Assembly: GCA_040755455.1 (NCBI GenBank)
Contig: JBFMAY010000036.1
Location: 1 to 45,668 of the forward strand
Length of the DNA: 45,668 bases
Direction of reading: 5' to 3'
Origin: Thermodesulfobacteriota bacterium
GTDB taxonomy: Bacteria; Desulfobacterota; Desulfobulbia; Desulfobulbales; SURF-16
Part shown: one piece after another, positions 37,372 through 45,668 of the stretch
Numbering within the stretch: the stretch's first letter is position 1
How the letters are laid out: each line of letters opens with the position of its first letter
The notes under the pieces: generated by a model
Database searches by the model: none
The model's input: only the letters and a program-made list of their open reading frames with translations
Told to the model about the DNA's origin: nothing
Position numbers and translations under genes: made by a program

Positions 37372-40300
37372 ATGACCGCATTGATCGATTACCCGCTGGC
37401 CGGCGTTCATCTCATTGAAGCCAGTGCCGGAACGGGCAAGACATACGCCATCTCCGCGCTTTTTGTCCGTCTGCTGCTGGAAAGGGAGCTGGCGGTCCGC
37501 CATATTCTGGTGGTGACCTATACCAGGGCGGCCACCGAGGATCTGCGGCTGCGGGTGCGGCAGATGGTGGGCAACTGTCTGCAGGCCTTTGCCTCAGGCC
37601 AAGGCCAGGATGATTTCCAGCGGAGCCTGCTGGCCAAGGTAGAGGACCATGAACAGGCGAGGTTGCGTCTGCTCGGCGCGCTGCAGGACTTCGACGAGGC
37701 GGCGATTTTCACTATCCATGCCTTCTGCCAGCGGATGCTCAAGGAGAACTCCCTGGAGAGTGGTGCGCTGTTTGACACCGAACTGGTGCCGGATGTCGAT
37801 GATATTCTCTATGAGATCGCGGCGGATTTCTGGCGGCTGCAGATGGACAGGTTTCCCGCGTCCTTTACCGCCTTTGTCCGCGCCAAGGTGCTGCCGGACA
37901 ATCTCTTTGTCTTTCTCAAAAAACTGCGGCCCGGCCTGCTGTTTCTTCCCGAGGTTGACAGCGCCGTTCTGGAGGAGATCGCTGCGGGCGGAGTGGTTGC
38001 CAAGGCGGAACAGGATATCGCCCGGGCCCTTGCCGAGCTTTACCGGACCTGGCCCACTGTGCGGGCCGCGGTGGCCAGTCTGCTGCTGGAAAACAGGGAT
38101 CTGAACCGCACTTCGTATAATCCCGGCAAGATTGCGGTCTGGCTCGATGAGATGGACGCCTTCTGCCGGGAGCAGCCTGCTTACCACGGCGAGCTTTACG
38201 AGAATTTTACCAAATTTTCCGCCGGCAGCCTGGCACAGGCCACCAAGAAGAACGGCAGCACGCCGCAGCACTCGTTTTTTGCGCTGTGCCAACAGGTCTG
38301 TGTGCTGCATGACCAGCTGACCGAGCTCTTCCGGCAGGGCCTCATCGCCCTGCGCCAGGAGGCCGGCCGCTACGGGCTGGAAGAGTTTGAGCGGCGCAAG
38401 ATGGAAAAAAATCTTTTTGCCTATGACGATCTGCTGCGGAAACTGCGGCAGGCGCTGCAGGGAAGGAGCCGGGAGATGCTGGCCCGCCAGATCCTTGGCC
38501 GCTTTCCGGCGGCGCTCATCGATGAATTCCAGGATACCGACCCTGTCCAGTATGAAATTTTTTCCACCCTTTACCAGTGCGCCGCGGAAAATCTGCTCTA
38601 CATCATCGGCGATCCCAAGCAGGCCATCTACAGTTTCCGGGGGGCTGATATCTTCACCTACCTGGAGGCCATCAGGGATGTGCCCTCCAGTTTTGAGCTG
38701 GCGGAGAATTACCGCTCCGAGCCGGGCCTGATCAAGGCGGTCAACGCCCTGTTTTCCTCGGCCCCTGACCCCTTTGTCTACAGCAGGATTGCCTTTCAGC
38801 CGGTATCGGCCGCCGCCGGCAGGCAGCGGGAGCATTTCACCGTCCGGCAGCAGCAGGAGCCCCCGTTGCAGCTCTGGCAGATCATGCGGGAAGCTGGCGA
38901 GCATGGCGTCATGGCCAGGGAACTGGCGGGAAAAAGGATTCTCGCCTCCCTGGCGGCCGAGATAAGACGGCTGCTTGATCTCGGTAGCCGTGGGGAGGCG
39001 CTCATCGGCGACAGGGCGCTGGGGCCCAGGGACATTGCCGTGCTGGTGCGGGAAAACCGGGAGGCCCGCCAGGTGCAGCAGGTTCTGCAGCAGGTTGGCG
39101 TCGCTGCCGTGCAGCAGAGCATGGATGACCTGTTTGCCACCCGCGAGGCAGGGGAGGTAGAGAGGGTGCTGGCTGCGGTGGCGGCACCGGGCAGCGAAAA
39201 GCGCCTTTGTTCCGCCCTGGCCACGGATATGCTTGGCGGCACATGCCATGGCCTGGTGGCGCTGGCGCGGGATGAACAGGCGTGGAGCCGCTGGTTCGCC
39301 TCTTTCTTGTCTTATCAGCGATGCTGGCAGGAAAAGGGATTCATGGCCATGTTCCGGCTGCTGCTCGATCGCCATCATGTCAGGGTGCGGCTGCTGCGTT
39401 TTGCCGACGGGGAAAGGCGGCTCACCAATGTTCTCCATCTGGGCGAGGTGCTGCACGGTCATGAGCGGCAGCAAAAGGCCTCCCCCGCGGCCCTGCTTGC
39501 CTGGCTGGCCGAGAAAATGACCGGCCGGCAGAAGGCCCTGGAGGAGCATCAGCTGCGGCTGGAAAGTGATGCAGAAAGGGTACAGATCGTCACCATTCAC
39601 CGTTCCAAGGGACTGCAGTATCCCATCGTCTTCTGTCCCTTCTGCTGGGGCGGGGCACGGGCGATAAGGGACATTGTGTCGTTTCACCTGCCGGAGGAAG
39701 GCTTTCGGCCGGCCATGGATATGGGTTCCGGCGACAGCGACCAGCACAAGGAGTTGGCCCGGTGGGAGGAGTTGGCGGAAAACATGCGGCTGCTCTATGT
39801 GGCCCTGACCCGGGCCGTGCATCGCTGCTATCTGGTATGGGGAAGCTTTCACGGGGCGGAGAGTTCGGCCCTGGCCTGGCTGCTGCACGGCAGGGGGGAT
39901 TTTGCCGGGCTGAAAAAACGCTTCAAAAAATTATCCGATGAGGAGCTGGCGGAGGAACTGGCCGGCATGCTCAGCCGCGGGGCGGGCAGCATCGAGCTTG
40001 TCCGCCGGGCGGAAGGCCTGCGCGTTGAGAGGCGGCGGGCAGGGGAGGGGGGGGCGGAGGAATTGGCCTGCCGGACATTCACCGGCACGATTGCCGCCAT
40101 GCAGGTGACGAGTTTTTCCGCCATCACCAGCCATGGCAGGCTGGGGGAGTCGTTTACCCCGAGGGATGACGCGGTGCGCCCAACCCCCACGGACGCCTCG
40201 ATCTTTGCCTTTCCAAGGGGGGCGGCCCCGGGCACCTTCATGCATGATGTGCTGGAGCACCTTGATTTCCCGCAGCTCAGCACGGAGCCGGAAACGGTGC

Positions 40301-40926
40301 GGCAGCTCATCGGCAGAAAACTGGCCCAGCACGGCTTTGCGGCCAAATGGCAGGACGCCGTTATGGCCATGGCCGGCAATGTGCTGGCCACCCCGCTGCT
40401 GCCGGAGCGGCCGGATCTGGTTCTGCAGACCGTCACCCTTGACAGGAGGCTCACTGAGCTTGAGTTCTGTTTTCCCCTTGCCGCGGTGACTGCCGGGCAA
40501 GTAAGGGAGATTCTCCACGGCCAGGGCTACAGTGAACCTGCGGCGTCCTGCCTGGATTTTTCCACGGGCAACGGCTTTCTCAGAGGTTTTATCGATCTGG
40601 TTTTTGCCCATGACAACCGTTTTTATCTGGTGGACTGGAAATCCAACCATCTGGGGTCTGACCCTGCCGACTACCGTCATGACCGGCTGCGTGAGGTGAT
40701 GCTCCATGAGCGCTACACCCTGCAGTATCTGCTCTACACCGTGGCCCTGCATCATTATCTGGCCGGGCGCATGGCCCATTACCGCTATGAGGAGCATTTC
40801 GGCGGCCTGTTTTATATCTTTCTGCGGGGGGTCAGCCGGGAGCACGGTCCGGCATGCGGCATCTATCATGACCGCCCTGAGGCGCGCCTGGTCGAGCAAC
40901 TGGGCCGGGTGCTGGTGGCCGTATGA
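37372..40926 (+). CDS. recB: Exodeoxyribonuclease V beta subunit
   Basis: EASAGTGKT, LIDEFQDTD, IGDPKQAIYSFRGAD, TIHRSKGLQY, LYVALTRA and the nuclease motif GFIDLVF...VDWKSN. Confidence 0.96.
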   Translation: MTALIDYPLAGVHLIEASAGTGKTYAISALFVRLLLERELAVRHILVVTYTRAATEDLRLRVRQMVGNCLQAFASGQGQDDFQRSLLAKVEDHEQARLRLLGALQDFDEAAIFTIHAFCQRMLKENSLESGALFDTELVPDVDDILYEIAADFWRLQMDRFPASFTAFVRAKVLPDNLFVFLKKLRPGLLFLPEVDSAVLEEIAAGGVVAKAEQDIARALAELYRTWPTVRAAVASLLLENRDLNRTSYNPGKIAVWLDEMDAFCREQPAYHGELYENFTKFSAGSLAQATKKNGSTPQHSFFALCQQVCVLHDQLTELFRQGLIALRQEAGRYGLEEFERRKMEKNLFAYDDLLRKLRQALQGRSREMLARQILGRFPAALIDEFQDTDPVQYEIFSTLYQCAAENLLYIIGDPKQAIYSFRGADIFTYLEAIRDVPSSFELAENYRSEPGLIKAVNALFSSAPDPFVYSRIAFQPVSAAAGRQREHFTVRQQQEPPLQLWQIMREAGEHGVMARELAGKRILASLAAEIRRLLDLGSRGEALIGDRALGPRDIAVLVRENREARQVQQVLQQVGVAAVQQSMDDLFATREAGEVERVLAAVAAPGSEKRLCSALATDMLGGTCHGLVALARDEQAWSRWFASFLSYQRCWQEKGFMAMFRLLLDRHHVRVRLLRFADGERRLTNVLHLGEVLHGHERQQKASPAALLAWLAEKMTGRQKALEEHQLRLESDAERVQIVTIHRSKGLQYPIVFCPFCWGGARAIRDIVSFHLPEEGFRPAMDMGSGDSDQHKELARWEELAENMRLLYVALTRAVHRCYLVWGSFHGAESSALAWLLHGRGDFAGLKKRFKKLSDEELAEELAGMLSRGAGSIELVRRAEGLRVERRRAGEGGAEELACRTFTGTIAAMQVTSFSAITSHGRLGESFTPRDDAVRPTPTDASIFAFPRGAAPGTFMHDVLEHLDFPQLSTEPETVRQLIGRKLAQHGFAAKWQDAVMAMAGNVLATPLLPERPDLVLQTVTLDRRLTELEFCFPLAAVTAGQVREILHGQGYSEPAASCLDFSTGNGFLRGFIDLVFAHDNRFYLVDWKSNHLGSDPADYRHDRLREVMLHERYTLQYLLYTVALHHYLAGRMAHYRYEEHFGGLFYIFLRGVSREHGPACGIYHDRPEARLVEQLGRVLVAV

Positions 40927-42635
40927 CCGCACCAAACTTTTCTTCGCTTGAGACCCATTTCGCCGCCTTTCTCCTGCGCCTGGCCGGCAGTGCCGGGGGT
41001 GGGCTGGCGCTGGCCGCTCGGCTCGTCACCCGGCAGATGGCCCAGGGCCATATCTGCCTTGATCTGGAGGAGTTTGCCGGCCGCGGGGTCTCCCTGGCCG
41101 AAGGGCAGGAGGTCCTCTGCCCCGAGCCGGGCTATTGGGTTGACGGCCTCAGAAAAAGCGGGGTGGTGGGTGGGCCGGGGGAATGGCGGCCGCTCATTCT
41201 TGATCCGCCGTTTCTCTATCTGCAGCGTTACTGGCAGTATGAAAGGGAGGTGGCTGATTTTATCCTGGCGCGCAGCCGGATGAGGCCGCAGGAATATGAT
41301 GCGCAGATGCTGGAGGGGCATCTTGCCCGGCTGTTTCCCCGGTCGGCCGTAACGGCAGGCGAAGAGCCGGACTGGCAGAAGGAGGCGGCCCGCAAGGCCA
41401 TTACCGGCCGCTTCTGCGTGATAACCGGTGGTCCGGGCACAGGCAAAACCACCACGGTGGCCCGCATCCTTGCCCTGCACCGGCAGCTGCGCGGCAACGA
41501 TGAGGGGATTTTTCTTGCCGCCCCCACCGGCAAGGCGGCCGCCCGGCTGCAGGAGGCCATCAGGCATGCCAAGCTGAGCCTGGACTGTGGCCCCGAGCTG
41601 CTGGCGGCGATTCCTGAAACCGCGGTAACGCTGCACCGCCTGCTGGGCATTACGCCGAAGGGCCGGAGGTATGACGGGAAAAACAGGTTGCCAGCCGGCC
41701 TTGTGGTGGTGGACGAGGCCTCCATGGTGGACCTGCCGCTCATGGCCTGGCTCATGGCCGCGCTCCCCGTCGGCTGCGGGCTCATTCTGCTCGGCGACCG
41801 CAACCAGCTGGCCTCGGTGCAGCCGGGGGCGGTGCTGGGGGATATATGCCAGGGGCTGCGGGACGGCGGCCTGTCCCACTTGCTGGCGGAGCTGCAAAGA
41901 AGTTACCGCTTTGCCGGGCAGAGCGGCATCGGCGCCCTCAGCCGGGCGGTGAACAACGGTGACGGCGAGGGCGCTTTCGACGTACTGATGGATGAGGGAT
42001 ACGGGGATGTGCGCTGGCATGAGATCGGCCGGGATGCGGAGGGTTTGCGCCGCCGGGTCGTTGATCTGCTTGCGCGGCAGCATGGCAGGATCATTGCTGC
42101 CGCATCACCCGTGGAGGCGCTGCGGGCCATGGGCGAATCCGCCGTGCTCTCCGCCTTGCGCCGGGGCGCCTTGGGCGTGGAGGGCGTCAACCAGCTGGCC
42201 AGCGAACTCCTTGCTCCCCAGGGCGGCGCCCACTTTCATGGCCGGCCGGTCATGATCAGCCGCAATCACTACGGCCTGCAGCTCTATAATGGGGATACCG
42301 GCCTGCTCCTGCGCGACCCGCAGGCGGACAATGAGCTGCGGGCCTTTTTCCCGGCGGAAGGCGGGATGCGTAAACTGCTGCCGGCCAGGCTGCCGGAGCA
42401 TGAAACGGCCTTTGCCCTCACCGTGCATAAAAGCCAGGGGTCGGAATTTGCCCATGTCGTCTTGATACTGCCGGCTGAATCCTCGCCGGTGCTCTGCCGT
42501 GAACTGGTCTACACCGGCATCACCAGGGCGGTGCAGTCCGTGGAGATCTGGGGGGCGAAAGATGTCTTTGTCGAGGCGGTGCATAGCCGCACCAGAAGGA
42601 AATCCGGGCTGGTCAGGGCCCTGGCGCATGGGTGA
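40923..42635 (+). CDS. recD: Exodeoxyribonuclease V alpha subunit
   Basis: ITGGPGTGKT, AAPTGKAA, VVDEASMVD, GDRNQL and TVHKSQGSEF; ATGA overlap with recB. Confidence 0.96.
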   Translation: MTAPNFSSLETHFAAFLLRLAGSAGGGLALAARLVTRQMAQGHICLDLEEFAGRGVSLAEGQEVLCPEPGYWVDGLRKSGVVGGPGEWRPLILDPPFLYLQRYWQYEREVADFILARSRMRPQEYDAQMLEGHLARLFPRSAVTAGEEPDWQKEAARKAITGRFCVITGGPGTGKTTTVARILALHRQLRGNDEGIFLAAPTGKAAARLQEAIRHAKLSLDCGPELLAAIPETAVTLHRLLGITPKGRRYDGKNRLPAGLVVVDEASMVDLPLMAWLMAALPVGCGLILLGDRNQLASVQPGAVLGDICQGLRDGGLSHLLAELQRSYRFAGQSGIGALSRAVNNGDGEGAFDVLMDEGYGDVRWHEIGRDAEGLRRRVVDLLARQHGRIIAAASPVEALRAMGESAVLSALRRGALGVEGVNQLASELLAPQGGAHFHGRPVMISRNHYGLQLYNGDTGLLLRDPQADNELRAFFPAEGGMRKLLPARLPEHETAFALTVHKSQGSEFAHVVLILPAESSPVLCRELVYTGITRAVQSVEIWGAKDVFVEAVHSRTRRKSGLVRALAHG

Positions 42636-42654
42636 ACGGTGTTGTCCGTGCCCC

Positions 42655-42692
42655 TTGGTTGGTCGCTCCTGTCCCAAATGTCGAGGGCAAAA
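42655..42692. repeat. 38-bp direct repeat, copy 1
   Basis: TTGGTTGGTCGCTCCTGTCCCAAATGTCGAGGGCAAAA; 35/38 identical to 44073-44110. Confidence 0.9.
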
Positions 42693-42716
42693 CGCACTCG
42701 CGCTCACTCTGCGCTT

Positions 42717-43955
42717 TCAGATGAAATTGAAAGGTATCTGAATTATTTTGTCCGTGAGCAGCTCCACCTTCTTGCCCCGGTTAATCAGAATACCATAGGA
42801 CGCCCCGGTGTCGGCCATGAAACCTTCCAGTCCCCGTAGAGAGATTCGCTTTACCAGAGAACTGAGCTTGATTTCAAAGGGAACAATGCCGAAGGGGCCT
42901 TCCACAACCAGGTCAACCTCTGATTTGTCAATGGTTCTATAGTATGCGTACTCAAGCTGGGTAACCATGGTTGCCTGGAGTCCCCGGATTATTTCTTCAA
43001 TGACAAAGCTTTCAAAGGAAAAACCGGCGACCGGGTGAATCTGCAGCCTGTCCGGATTGGCGATTTTGAGAAAGTAATGCAGCAAACCCTGGTCCCGGAA
43101 AAATCCTTTTTTCGCCTTCTGCACCTTTTTGAGGGGATTCTTGGTATAAGGAGGCAGGTTGCGCCACAGGAAGGTCTGGTGGATAATGTCCAGATAATCC
43201 TTCACCGTGGATACGCTTACCTCAAGGGCTCTGGCCATATCGCTCATGTTGAGCTGGTGTCCGGAAAACTGGGCCAGGAGGGTAAGGAATCTCCTGAAAT
43301 GATAAATGTTCAACCTGGGAAAGAGCATCCTGATGTCGCGGCCGACATAATCAATGATATAGTTTTCCATCCATTGCTGGTAGAAGATGGCATTGACTTC
43401 ACTCTCGATGAGCGGTTCGGGAAAGCCTCCCTTAAGCCAGACATTCATGCTCTGCTTCGCCTGCAGGACTGGTTGCAATCCAAGAAAGTCCTGCGGTCGG
43501 GCAGCGCCGTCAATGAGCATTTCATAGATGCCCGGCAGCGGTTTTTCATGCAGTTCATTCTGCTTGAAAGGCCATAGTTCGACGGTGGCAATTCGTCCGG
43601 CCAGGCTTTCGGTAATCCCCTTGACGATTTCCGGTGAGCTTGAACCTGTCAGGATAAACCTGCCCTTCCGCTTTCTGTCGGCATCAATAACCCCCCTGAG
43701 CACCTTGAACAGGTCCGGGTACTGTTGGGCCTCATCAATGATTACTTGATCCGTGTTCAGGTTGAAAAAGGCAACAGGGTCGCTGCTGATAAGCTGATAG
43801 TCGTCCGGGCTTTCAAGGTCATAGTATTTCCAGTCACCTCGTAATCCGCGGACCAGGGTTGATTTTCCGCATTGTCGCGGCCCGATGACGGCCACTGCAG
43901 GAAACATATCGAGCAGCCGGTTGATTTTCTCTGCAAGAACCCTTTTTTTATCCAT
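42717..43955 (-). CDS. AAA_14 ATPase with DUF4143 (PD-(D/E)xK-like) C-terminus
   Basis: GPRQCGKST, IIDEAQ, LTGSS, ESLAGR, GGFP and EVDLV...FEIK. Confidence 0.9.
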   Translation of the reverse strand: MDKKRVLAEKINRLLDMFPAVAVIGPRQCGKSTLVRGLRGDWKYYDLESPDDYQLISSDPVAFFNLNTDQVIIDEAQQYPDLFKVLRGVIDADRKRKGRFILTGSSSPEIVKGITESLAGRIATVELWPFKQNELHEKPLPGIYEMLIDGAARPQDFLGLQPVLQAKQSMNVWLKGGFPEPLIESEVNAIFYQQWMENYIIDYVGRDIRMLFPRLNIYHFRRFLTLLAQFSGHQLNMSDMARALEVSVSTVKDYLDIIHQTFLWRNLPPYTKNPLKKVQKAKKGFFRDQGLLHYFLKIANPDRLQIHPVAGFSFESFVIEEIIRGLQATMVTQLEYAYYRTIDKSEVDLVVEGPFGIVPFEIKLSSLVKRISLRGLEGFMADTGASYGILINRGKKVELLTDKIIQIPFNFI

Positions 43956-43964
43956 GATATTTAC

Positions 43965-43993
43965 AGTCTACTCGTAAAATTCATGGGTGTCAA
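43965..43993 (-). promoter_or_regulatory. Sigma70 promoter of the AAA gene
   Basis: TTGACA-17 nt-TAGACT, with the ATG only 9 nt past the -10 box. Confidence 0.75.
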
Positions 43994-44072
43994 CTTCGGT
44001 TTTTTTCCCATGTCGATGGATTCGGATGGGGGTGAATTTAAATATGGCATCACCGGAACTTGGCGGAACTGT

Positions 44073-44110
44073 TTGGTTGGCCGCTCCTGTCTCAAATATC
44101 GAGGGCAAAA
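44073..44110. repeat. 38-bp direct repeat, copy 2
   Basis: TTGGTTGGCCGCTCCTGTCTCAAATATCGAGGGCAAAA. Confidence 0.9.
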
Positions 44111-44238
44111 TGGATTGCCCGCCCGACATCAATCATCTTTGACTGAGGCAAGGATGTGATCAATGGCCCGATTTTAGCCTTCGAGACAGTCTGCATGTGC
44201 TCACAATTGACAGCGTAATCATGGATTAATTTATGATT

Positions 44239-44613
44239 TTATGGACGTCCCCTTTGCCCTCCCATTCCCCCGGCTTCCTGTTTAATTAGGATGTTATAGA
44301 TACCAGTTTCGTAAATTAAAACGCCAGATTGCAAGTATTTTTTTAATTTTGTGGCATCATCGTCGATCTGCACAAGATGCGGCGCACAAGGAATAAGTCG
44401 GCTAAGCTGCCTTGCCCAATATTTATGGCAGTCAAGCCATACCTCGTCATCTTCAGCATCTGTGTCCATAAATTCAATAGCTATATCTAAATCGCTATCC
44501 GCTCTGGGAGTGCCAAAAATTCGTGAACCAAACAGGTATATCCTCACTGAGTAAGGAATAGAAGATGCCCACTTTATTACAGCAGGTGCATATAACGCGA
44601 TGTTTTCATCCAT
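44239..44613 (-). CDS. Minimal nucleotidyltransferase (MNT) domain protein
   Basis: RIYLFGSRIFGTPRADSDLDIAIEF (GS-x10-DxD). Confidence 0.82.
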   Translation of the reverse strand: MDENIALYAPAVIKWASSIPYSVRIYLFGSRIFGTPRADSDLDIAIEFMDTDAEDDEVWLDCHKYWARQLSRLIPCAPHLVQIDDDATKLKKYLQSGVLIYETGIYNILIKQEAGGMGGQRGRP

Positions 44614-44763
44614 TTCCCAGCCCGTCCTGTCTGTCAGTTATTATTCCGCGTCCTGCCCTCGCTTCCGGTCTGCTGTCCGGTATTTTTCATTCCCAGACTC
44701 GGAGTGGTCTTTATGGCGAGTAATACCAGGCTAATGCTTATTTGTGCTATGGCACCGATGTGG

Positions 44764-45003
44764 TCACTTGCCATAGTGCTTGGCTATGTATAAAGCCATC
44801 GTGGCAGCGACAACTATGCCAACAATTGCAATTATGGTATTGACAAGGAATTGCCAGTGTTGTGCGCAAAACTGTATGATTTTTCGCCATGCGCGGACTG
44901 GCCACGGTCTAATTATGTTCTCAAAATCTCCGCCATTGAGGGCTATATCCAGCGGTGTGGGTATGAATTTGCCCGCCCACCATTCTTTGAGCTTTTTGAA
45001 CAT
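44764..45003 (-). CDS. Small hypothetical membrane protein
   Basis: MFKKLKEWW... with a C-terminal hydrophobic helix; the longer track ORF crosses a REP and is probably over-extended. Confidence 0.55.
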   Translation of the reverse strand: MFKKLKEWWAGKFIPTPLDIALNGGDFENIIRPWPVRAWRKIIQFCAQHWQFLVNTIIAIVGIVVAATMALYIAKHYGK

Positions 45004-45142
45004 GTTGCACACCCTTAACTGGAATTTCAAGCTTTGATGATCATCCTGCCCGTCGTTGTTTCGTGTCCAGTCTTCCCGTCCCAGGGGCTTTTGTCTTTTT
45101 CTTTTCGGGAGGGACGAAGCCGGCAGATGATCAACAAGCACG

Positions 45143-45171
45143 GTAGGTTGGGGTGAGGAACGAACCCCAAC
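45143..45171 (+). repeat. GTAG REP flanking the RAYT
   Basis: GTAG-GTTGGGG-TGAGGAACGAA-CCCCAAC, 4 nt from the RAYT stop. Confidence 0.85.
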
Positions 45172-45175
45172 AACG

Positions 45176-45668
45176 TCATTCTTTCTCGCCATAGCCGCTT
45201 TTATCGTTGCCGCAGATTCCACCGCCCCAGTCGTGGTCCATCATCCCCGCCTCGATATACCGGGGATGCTCGAATACGGCCAATCCGCTGCACGGGTCAC
45301 ATGGCCGTGTTTCACCGGATTGAAATGGATATAATCCACATGTCTCGCAAAATCCCCTTCGTCGCGGATGAGGTGTTCCCAATACCGGCGTTGCCAGATG
45401 CCGCGTTCTCCTTTGCCCGCCCGGCTGGCGCTCCGGCGTTCCCCATGGGGGATGTGCCTCGAGAATCCCGTTTTGATGAGCATCCACCGTCCGGGGTAGT
45501 CCGCGTCCCCTGGCGGCAGGGTCCACACCGCATGAAGGTGTTCAGGCAAAATCACCATGGCGTCGATGGTGAAGGGATGCCGCTCTTTCACCATGCCTAC
45601 CACCTTACGGAGGACATCAACGTAATCCACCAGCAGGGACCGGCGCCGTTGGGGCAAGATTCACGGTG
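45176..45668 (-). pseudogene. REP-associated tyrosine transposase (RAYT), frameshifted; 5' end outside the window
   Basis: HUH motif VILPEHLH, IWQRRYWEH, HVDYIHFNPVKHG and DWPYSS. The TVNLA N-terminal part and the RYIEAG...WGG tail lie in other frames. Confidence 0.8.

Noticed and set aside
28859..42707. Long antisense ORFs over recC, DUF748, recB and recD (e.g. 636, 478 and 764 aa)
   Set aside because: Shadow frames expected from high-GC codon bias opposite well-supported genes.
45005..45025. GTTAAGG just before the small ORF at 45003 as another cassette core site
   Set aside because: No complementary CCTTAAC or attC hairpin found downstream of the gene.

Overview
GC-rich bacterial chromosomal segment, most likely from a Desulfobacterota-type deltaproteobacterium (inferred from gene content). 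The backbone carries housekeeping and metabolic genes: Tim44-like, dmeF, pckA, yciH, lysE, GNAT, yajD, MOSC, DHH, two glgC-family paralogs, trpBA, an MCP, and recC ... recB-recD. Three AT-richer accessory patches interrupt it. (1) The left end is an integron gene-cassette array with no integrase next to it: two cassettes, two attC sites, a 288-bp MITE inserted exactly in an attC crossover core, and an unusual repeat-rich attI-like leader. (2) A defence patch holds a DUF4160/DUF2442 TA pair, an RloC-like ABC-ATPase/HEPN protein and a truncated MNT gene. (3) The right end holds a direct-repeat-flanked AAA/DUF4143 gene, an orphan MNT and a frameshifted RAYT with its REP. The ORF track misses two probable UGA-recoded selenoproteins: an ArsM-like methyltransferase with two separate in-frame TGA codons (4671..5573) and a CC/Se-motif protein with tandem TGA-TGA (8212..8541). 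All three recoding sites are followed by SECIS-like hairpins. Also notable are a eukaryote-like PFK-2/FBPase-2 bifunctional protein and a divergent GalT/HIT-like hypothetical protein. All calls come from reading motifs by eye; no searches were run.
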